From the IMG/VR virus record IMGVR_UViG_2609459769_000019: a stretch of DNA of 12,920 nucleotides, one strand, 5' to 3'. The notes below the pieces were generated by a model, which saw nothing but the letters and a program-made list of their open reading frames with translations, did not search any database and was not told the DNA's origin. This stretch comes from a virus. Lineage: Duplodnaviria > Heunggongvirae > Uroviricota > Caudoviricetes. Shown in pieces: positions 8,467 to 12,920 of the stretch (its first letter is position 1; the number at the start of each line of letters is the position of its first letter). Both the position numbers and the translations under genes were made by a program.

Positions 8467-8757
8467 TTACCCCCTTGCGCGTGGTTTCTTCACACCCGGA
8501 ACAGTGGCACGACCTTCCGCCACATCCTGACCCCGGCCGGTCAGTTCAGCGATGAAATAACCGTTAACAAGCGTGCGCTTACGCACCAGTCCCTGCTCAG
8601 CAAGCCAGGCAATGTGGGTGTGAACGGTGTCGCGGGACACGCGGTGGCCGTAATCATCCAGGCAGTCCTGAAGCACGGATTCGCCCAGTTCGCCGTTGTA
8701 ATCCGCCAGCGACCGCAGAATGACAAGACGCTGATCTTCAGTAATGAAATCACTCAT
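8467..8757 (-). CDS. Small protein at the Mu gp26 position, possible winged-helix-like fold, 96 aa
   Basis: ATG at 8757 with AAGGAA upstream; overlaps the preceding gene by 8 nt; function not assignable from sequence. Confidence 0.5.
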   Translation of the reverse strand: MSDFITEDQRLVILRSLADYNGELGESVLQDCLDDYGHRVSRDTVHTHIAWLAEQGLVRKRTLVNGYFIAELTGRGQDVAEGRATVPGVKKPRARG

Positions 8758-9061
8758 TGTGTTTTTTCCTTACAGCCTGCTCCAGCAGCAGTTCGTTCTG
8801 ATGGGAGACGGATTTCAGGGTGGCATTGGTGGCCTTAAGCTCACCGCGCAGGGTGGTGATTTCGATATTGAGTCTGTTCACCTCCTGCTGCGTGGGCAGG
8901 CCGGAAATCCGGCTCTCCACCCGCTCAACCCGGTCGGAGAGTTTTTCAAAGGCCTCGCGGGGGACAAAGGTTTTGCGCATCAGCGCCATGAAGATCCCCC
9001 CGGCTGTGGCCGTTGCCGACAGGATCGGCACGACATAATCTTTAACGATGCTGACCCACAT
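8750..9061 (-). CDS. Mu gp25-like membrane protein (candidate releasin of the lysis cassette), 103 aa
   Basis: ATG at 9061 with GGAGG upstream; N-terminal hydrophobic segment VVPILSATATAGGIFMALM followed by a charged coiled-coil-like domain; lies between the lysis genes and the packaging genes. Confidence 0.45.
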   Translation of the reverse strand: MWVSIVKDYVVPILSATATAGGIFMALMRKTFVPREAFEKLSDRVERVESRISGLPTQQEVNRLNIEITTLRGELKATNATLKSVSHQNELLLEQAVRKKHNE

Positions 9062-9269
9062 GACCGGCCTCCATGATGTTCTGGCAGTTCACACAACGGA
9101 TGGCATCCGGCACGGCAACCAGACGGGCAGCCGGAATGTCACCCCCGCAGTCCGCGCATACACGCCTGCCCGGTGTCTCCGCCACCCGGCGCTTACGTGT
9201 CAGCCGGTCACAAAGGGCGCGTTCTGTTGCACGCTCCATGACTGCCTGAGCACAATCTGAATCATCCAT
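9042..9269 (-). CDS. TraR/DksA-family C4 zinc-finger protein, 75 aa
   Basis: ATG at 9269 preceded by AAGGAAAAAGG; CxxC...CxxC motif (CADCGG...CVNCQ); the longer track ORF (to 9335) lacks an RBS and overlaps the o-spanin. Confidence 0.65.
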   Translation of the reverse strand: MDDSDCAQAVMERATERALCDRLTRKRRVAETPGRRVCADCGGDIPAARLVAVPDAIRCVNCQNIMEAGHVGQHR

Positions 9270-9279
9270 ACCTTTTTCC

Positions 9280-9651
9280 TTACTTCGTCTTTCCTGCCGG
9301 AACAGCAGTCGTTCCGGCCATATCAGTAAATTCATGCTGTCGCTGTGTCTCCAGACGGCGGATGCTGGCCTTGTCCACGTTGCAGTTTTTAATCACCGCC
9401 AGCAGTTGCAGGTTGTAAGTGACCGATGCACCAAACGTGAACGGCTGCGGCGCGGGAGGGACCAGGCAGTCAGCCAGCCATTCAGCGGGGATCGGCACCG
9501 GCGGCACAGGGACGAATTTCACAGACGGCCCGCCGCACCCGGTCAGCCACATCATCAGGCACAGGCACAGCGGCAGCAGGCACCGTTGCCAGTGACCGGC
9601 GGACAATGCTCTGCTGTTCCTCGCTGTGCTGCATGTTCTGCTGTTTTTCAT
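9280..9651 (-). CDS. o-spanin (outer-membrane lipoprotein), overlapping the i-spanin in another frame
   Basis: ATG at 9651 with AAGGCGG upstream; signal peptide ending in lipobox LTGC; proline-rich mature region (PVPPVPIP, PPAPQP); start choice uncertain. Confidence 0.5.
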   Translation of the reverse strand: MKNSRTCSTARNSRALSAGHWQRCLLPLCLCLMMWLTGCGGPSVKFVPVPPVPIPAEWLADCLVPPAPQPFTFGASVTYNLQLLAVIKNCNVDKASIRRLETQRQHEFTDMAGTTAVPAGKTK

Positions 9652-9910
9652 TCGTGGCCGCCTTGCTGATTTGTGAAATGAGTTGCAGGGTGCGTTGCTG
9701 GTTTGCCAGCACCAGACGGGCTTCGTCCCGTTCACGCACAAGCACATGATTATTGTCCTCAAGGCGCTGCGTCTTCTGGTGCATTCCCCATACCACGGCA
9801 GCCAGCACGCTCATCACCCCCAGCGCCGCCATGCTCGCCCCGGCAATCAGGGCCGGTAAGGGATTGTTCACCACAGCCACAGTGCCCCCCGCAGCGCCAC
9901 AACGGCACAT
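9482..9910 (-). CDS. i-spanin (inner-membrane spanin subunit)
   Basis: N-terminal TM segment LPALIAGASMAALGVMSVLAAVVW followed by charged/Gln-rich coiled-coil-like periplasmic domain; directly downstream of the endolysin; ATG at 9910 chosen, but the track ORF starts at a TTG at 10003 inside lys, so the start is uncertain. Confidence 0.5.
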   Translation of the reverse strand: MCRCGAAGGTVAVVNNPLPALIAGASMAALGVMSVLAAVVWGMHQKTQRLEDNNHVLVRERDEARLVLANQQRTLQLISQISKAATNEKQQNMQHSEEQQSIVRRSLATVPAAAVPVPDDVADRVRRAVCEIRPCAAGADPR

Positions 9911-9944
9911 AACAGCGCAATCATGAGCGGTCGACAGAGCCGGT

Positions 9945-10445
9945 TCAGACTTTCGGCAAGTCGTAGCGACATAACCATTCATCCGCCGAACGGCGGGCCT
10001 CAAGGCCGGGGAGTTTCACCCCCTTTGAATAAATCCAGCGGATATACTGCTTACAGGACGCGGGCATCTGTCCGGCATTGATAAGGCGCAGAAGCGTGGA
10101 GTTGCGGAAGTTCGTTTCACCGGCCCAGAAGATCCACGAAGCCAGCGCCACCGTCTGACCACGGGTAAGTGGCACCTGAACACGCCGGTCAATGGCCGCA
10201 AAGGCCCATTTCATGTCCTTTTCCAGCAGTTCCAGACATTCTTCATCGGTTTTTGTCATACCCGGTTTCACATCCGGGCCGGTATGGCCGTGGCAGATGG
10301 TGGGGGTGCCGGTGGGGTCGAGATACGTGGTGTTTTCTTTCCCTTCCCAGTAGCCGGTGTAGTGCGTGGCAATAGTGAACGTCCCGGCTCCGGCCAGAAC
10401 AAGGGCAATCAGCTTTTTACGCAGTGGCGCGGGGAGTTTTGGCAT
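9945..10445 (-). CDS. lys: Endolysin, T4-lysozyme-like (GH24) with N-terminal signal-anchor-release (SAR) segment, 166 aa
   Basis: ATG at 10445; N-terminal LIALVLAGAGTFTIATHY hydrophobic stretch after a basic N-terminus; catalytic E-x8-D-x5-T triad (EGKENTTYLDPTGTPT) followed by GHTG motif. Confidence 0.85.
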   Translation of the reverse strand: MPKLPAPLRKKLIALVLAGAGTFTIATHYTGYWEGKENTTYLDPTGTPTICHGHTGPDVKPGMTKTDEECLELLEKDMKWAFAAIDRRVQVPLTRGQTVALASWIFWAGETNFRNSTLLRLINAGQMPASCKQYIRWIYSKGVKLPGLEARRSADEWLCRYDLPKV

Positions 10446-10516
10446 TGTTACGCTGTCTCATGGTGTTCTCTGAGCCAGCGTAACCGTGGAAAAAAGGGGG
10501 CAGGATTTGCGGAATA
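10446..10516 (-). promoter_or_regulatory. Candidate activator-dependent late promoter upstream of the endolysin (Plys equivalent)
   Basis: 71-bp gap between the activator gene and lys; coding strand contains CCTGCCCCCTTTTTTCC; assignment by position only. Confidence 0.3.
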
Positions 10517-10939
10517 TCAGAAAAGCCGGGGCTGCGTGCGCTCCTGATGCAGGCGACGCTGGTTGCGGATAACGGAGTAAATCTGCGTCTCTGACATCTG
10601 GTAATGGCGGCGCAGGGTTTCAATTTTTTCACCCTGGCTCCAGCGGGAAAAAATCTCATTATTGCGCAGTTCGGTGAAAAGGGATTCACCGACCGGGAGA
10701 TAATAACCACGCCCGCCCATGTACCCGGCCTGTGCGGCCGCAACCTTACGGGCAAGCATTCCCGCCTGAGCAGATTCAATCCCCTGACGGTGCAGTTCAG
10801 CACTGATCACATCAACCAGGTCACGCAGCGTGCCGGGCCAGTTCTTTTTCAGCTCATCATCAGGAATATCATCCAGACGGTCAATCAGCGCGTGCAGCTG
10901 TTCGCTGTCACCAAACATGCTCATCTGTGTTTCAGCCAT
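10517..10939 (-). CDS. Mor/C-family transcriptional activator (140 aa; by size and position more likely the C-type late activator)
   Basis: ATG at 10939 with GGAGG 6 nt upstream; acidic N-terminus and basic C-terminal HTH-like region typical of Mor/C proteins; sits immediately upstream of lys. Confidence 0.75.
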   Translation of the reverse strand: MAETQMSMFGDSEQLHALIDRLDDIPDDELKKNWPGTLRDLVDVISAELHRQGIESAQAGMLARKVAAAQAGYMGGRGYYLPVGESLFTELRNNEIFSRWSQGEKIETLRRHYQMSETQIYSVIRNQRRLHQERTQPRLF

Positions 10940-10971
10940 ACCCGCCTCCGGTCATCATTACACAGGGCAAG

Positions 10972-11005
10972 TTTAAAATAAAAATCCCGCGCTGTGGCGG
11001 GATTT
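10972..11005 (-). terminator. Rho-independent terminator after the truncated transposase gene (possibly doubling as an activator-binding dyad)
   Basis: Minus-strand AAATCCCGC-CACAGC-GCGGGATTT hairpin (9-bp GC-rich stem, 6-nt loop; plus 10982-11005) followed by TTATTTT; starts 5 nt after the stop codon at 11012-11010. Confidence 0.55.
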
Positions 11006-11009
11006 GGGG

Positions 11010-11918
11010 TTAAAAAGGGGAGGATTCTTCATACAGCCTGCAAACGCGCTCATAACTCATCACTGTACGCGCTGACACCCGGCCTTTTTGTTTCACCACT
11101 TCCGGCAGTTTCTTCATTGCGCGGCGAATGGTGTCATAAGACGGCATGATATCGAGCATATAAGGCTCATCAGCGTGCCGGTACTGCCATTCAGCGACAA
11201 AATCCTCGTAAGCCTCGGTCATTGGTCGGCCGTTTGACTGGCGATACTGCGCCAGAAATTCGGGCAGCCAGTTAATATCTTCGGCTTTTATTTCCTGGCG
11301 CTTACCAGGTGCCAGCAAAAGCAGGCGTTCAGCGGCGTTCTGCGCCTTGTTAAAGGCTGCAATCCAGCGTTTCAGCGTGATTTCACTCAACGCACGGCTG
11401 TTTCCCTTTTTGGCGTTCGCCGTCTCAACCATTGCCACAATGCGCTCGTCCAGTTGCGAACGTGCCAGGTTGTCAACGATAAACCGGATAGCCTTCGCAC
11501 AGCTGAAACCAGGTTGTTGCGCGACTTTCAGAACTTCGCTGACGATCGCGATTCGTGCATCAGCCACCTGGCGCTGGTTTTCAGTCAGAGCATTAAGGCG
11601 TTCGACCATCAGTTGTGGTGATCCGCGATATGCCTCCACCGCATCAACCACGGCAGGCGAGCGTCTGGCCTTTGTCACCACTGGAGCCGGTGATTCATCG
11701 ACTTTTTGAGTCATCAGTTGCAGGGCGTAGCGTTCACGTAATGCCTGCTGCGTCACTTCAGGTAAACAGTCGATGCTGTATTCAGTTGCTTTAGAGCCTG
11801 AGCGACGACGGGAACAACAGCTTTTCCCTTGTACGTAACGTTGTAATGCCTGGCGAATACCTTTTGTTGTAGCAGGCATTCCGGGCGCGCCAATCAGTTC
11901 TTTTGCAATGACATACAT
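11010..11918 (-). CDS. Truncated Mu transposase A homologue: N-terminal DNA-binding domain only (302 aa), no DDE catalytic core
   Basis: ATG at 11918, 1 nt after the ner stop; N-terminus APGMPATTKGIRQALQRY...GSKATEYSIDCLPEVTQQALRER resembles the winged-helix enhancer-binding domain of MuA/Mu repressor as I remember it; ORF stops at about 300 aa against about 660 aa for full-length MuA; terminator follows directly. Confidence 0.55.
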   Translation of the reverse strand: MYVIAKELIGAPGMPATTKGIRQALQRYVQGKSCCSRRRSGSKATEYSIDCLPEVTQQALRERYALQLMTQKVDESPAPVVTKARRSPAVVDAVEAYRGSPQLMVERLNALTENQRQVADARIAIVSEVLKVAQQPGFSCAKAIRFIVDNLARSQLDERIVAMVETANAKKGNSRALSEITLKRWIAAFNKAQNAAERLLLLAPGKRQEIKAEDINWLPEFLAQYRQSNGRPMTEAYEDFVAEWQYRHADEPYMLDIMPSYDTIRRAMKKLPEVVKQKGRVSARTVMSYERVCRLYEESSPF

Positions 11919-11919
11919 A

Positions 11920-12168
11920 TCATGACGCCTTTCTCATATAGCTCTTAACCTGGTATCGACTGGGCCAGATTTCTTCAGGCGATACCCCAAGAGCATCAGC
12001 AATTATTTGCTGATACGGTCGGCAAGGAGTACGTAATACGCTTTTCAGCGAATCCCTGCTGTAACCAGCCTTTAAAGATAAAGAGCGCAGTGATAAGCCA
12101 GCCATGTGTAAGCGCGCCTTGATGATTTCAGGCGGCCAATCGTGATCTGAAACTTCTCTTCTACTCAT
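11920..12168 (-). CDS. ner: Ner-like DNA-binding regulator (82 aa)
   Basis: ATG at 12168 with AGAGGAAG upstream; ...LSLRSLSLKAGYSRDSLKSVL...QQIIADALGVSPEEIWPSRY matches the Mu Ner family signature (IIA.AL...P...WPSRY); divergent from the repressor gene. Confidence 0.85.
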   Translation of the reverse strand: MSRREVSDHDWPPEIIKARLHMAGLSLRSLSLKAGYSRDSLKSVLRTPCRPYQQIIADALGVSPEEIWPSRYQVKSYMRKAS

Positions 12169-12335
12169 ACTTCCTCTATTCTAAAAAGTTACCCGCGCGG
12201 ATATTCGTGCGGATATCTGTACGGGTAAATAATAGAACAAACAAAAGAACCAAATCAAGGTATTTTGTTCTTTTTATTCTTTGCGGTGTTTTTGTTATTA
12301 ATATCAATAAGATAAATAAAAAGGAACCTGAGAGC
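12169..12335. promoter_or_regulatory. Divergent immunity control region between ner and the repressor gene (candidate operators and promoters)
   Basis: AT-rich 167-bp spacer; tandem 12-bp direct repeat CGYGCGGATATY at 12194-12205 and 12206-12217, flanked by inverted TTACCCG (12189-12195) / CGGGTAA (12222-12228); second inverted repeat AGAACAAA (12234-12241) / TTTGTTCT (12264-12271); TAGAAT -10-like hexamer on the minus strand. Confidence 0.5.
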
Positions 12336-12920
12336 ATGAACATGAAAAACAGTTCTTTTCTCGACGAAGGAAAAGAACCAGTGATCGAACGGATTTTTCG
12401 TCTTGCAGAGCGTTACAAATCGAGAAGTGAGGCGGCTAGAGCATGGGGAATAAACGTTCAGACATTGCAGAACTACTACAAAAGGAGAAACAATCAGCCG
12501 CCACCACAACCAAGAAAGCACCATCTCCAGAACATTGCAGAAAGAGAACATGTATCTATGGAGTGGCTAGTCAATGGTTATGGTGATGAGCCAAGCATGA
12601 AAAAAGAACCAATTGAACAAACAAAAAGAACAAAAAAACAAAGAATTGATGATAGTGATTCCATCATCATGAGGGCGTGGGACTCGCTAACTTCATCTGA
12701 ACAAGAGATTTTGTCCAACTTATTGATCAGAAAAGGGGCCGAACTACTAACCGTTTTGCTTGATACAGATATTCAAAAACTGCACTCATTGAGCGGAGTC
12801 AAAAGAGCACTAGCATTGAGTCTACAAGAGTTACCCGATGATACTGTAAGAGAGATTTATGAAGAATGTGAAGCTAAGGTTAATCATTTAAATGTAACCC
12901 AGAAAAAGGCTGGTGCGTAA
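12336..12920 (+). CDS. Prophage repressor (194 aa): HTH N-terminal domain joined to a Mu c-like C-terminal domain
   Basis: ATG at 12336 (second ATG at 12342) preceded by AAGGAA; the track's longer ORF starts at a GTG at 12207 inside the operator region; N-terminus has a classical HTH (RSEAARAWGINVQTLQNY); C-terminal segment LLIRKGAELLTVLLDTDIQKLHSLSGVKRALALSLQELPDDTVREI resembles the Mu repressor C-terminal region from memory; gene is distinctly AT-rich. Confidence 0.65.
   Translation: MNMKNSSFLDEGKEPVIERIFRLAERYKSRSEAARAWGINVQTLQNYYKRRNNQPPPQPRKHHLQNIAEREHVSMEWLVNGYGDEPSMKKEPIEQTKRTKKQRIDDSDSIIMRAWDSLTSSEQEILSNLLIRKGAELLTVLLDTDIQKLHSLSGVKRALALSLQELPDDTVREIYEECEAKVNHLNVTQKKAGA

Larger units (their letters stand above)
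1..12920 (-). mobile_element. Mu-like transposable prophage segment (regulatory end, lysis, packaging/head module, remnant of tail module); appears internally deleted and defective
   Basis: Gene order and orientation colinear with Mu c-ner-A...C-lys-gp25-gp27-gp28-portal-F-G-I-T; tightly packed ORFs with overlapping stop/start codons on the minus strand; prophage ends are not inside the window. Confidence 0.8.

Noticed and set aside
7935-8555. Plus-strand 206-codon ORF antisense to the gp27-like and gp26-like genes
   Set aside because: Extremely Ser/Arg-rich translation, fully overlapped by better-supported minus-strand genes; judged a frame artefact.
9270-9335. Upstream extension of the TraR-like ORF (MNLLIWPERLLF...)
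   Set aside because: No RBS and it overlaps the o-spanin 3' end; the ATG at 9269 has a strong AAGGAAAAAGG ribosome-binding site.
9911-10003. Upstream extension of the i-spanin ORF to 10003 overlapping the end of lys
   Set aside because: The first codon at 10003 is TTG and the extension lies inside the endolysin coding region; the ATG at 9910 just upstream of the TM segment is a more plausible start, though this remains uncertain.
10417-10803. Minus-strand 128-codon ORF overlapping the Mor/C-family gene in another frame
   Set aside because: Alternative frame of a gene with a clear start, RBS and family-like sequence; its Arg/Cys-rich translation is not protein-like.
12207-12335. Upstream extension of the repressor ORF in the track (starting MRISVRVNNRT...)
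   Set aside because: The first codon is GTG inside the operator region and the translation is low-complexity; a proper ATG with AAGGAA RBS is at 12336, giving a 194-aa protein of the expected size.
1-12920. CRISPR arrays, rRNA genes, insertion sequences or a recognisable defence system (restriction-modification, toxin-antitoxin, abortive infection) as a distinct cargo island
   Set aside because: No regularly spaced direct repeats, no rRNA-like sequence, no IS-type terminal inverted repeats with a transposase, and every sizeable ORF is accounted for by the Mu-like gene set; the only unusual elements are those reported as findings.

Overview
The window reads as one segment of a Mu-like transposable prophage, with almost all genes on the minus strand. 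From high to low coordinates the order is colinear with phage Mu: a divergent immunity switch (repressor on plus strand at 12336-12920, Ner-like protein at 11920-12168), a transposase-A-like ORF that stops after about 300 codons, a strong intrinsic terminator, a Mor/C-family late activator, a holin-less lysis cassette (SAR-type endolysin, overlapping i-/o-spanins, TraR-like zinc finger, gp25/releasin-like membrane protein), then the packaging and head module (gp26-like, gp27-like, large terminase, portal, F, G, I protease/scaffold). The element looks internally deleted twice. First, the transposase catalytic core, B and the rest of the early region are absent between ner and the activator. Second, the major head gene T stops after 95 codons and is joined near 897-901 to the C-terminal part of a gp48/DUF2313-like tail gene, followed by the start of a tail-fibre gene that runs off the left edge; no tube, sheath, tape-measure or baseplate genes lie between. 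I see no CRISPR array, no rRNA and no convincing tRNA, and no novel defence-type system. The points most worth checking are the retained transposase DNA-binding domain, an extra 82-codon gene that duplicates the gp27 C-terminus, a tRNA-like T-arm/acceptor structure between F and G, and the repressor's domain architecture. All family assignments come from reading the translated ORFs and from remembered knowledge of Mu biology; no database search was run, so protein identities and the two deletion junctions are hypotheses to test.
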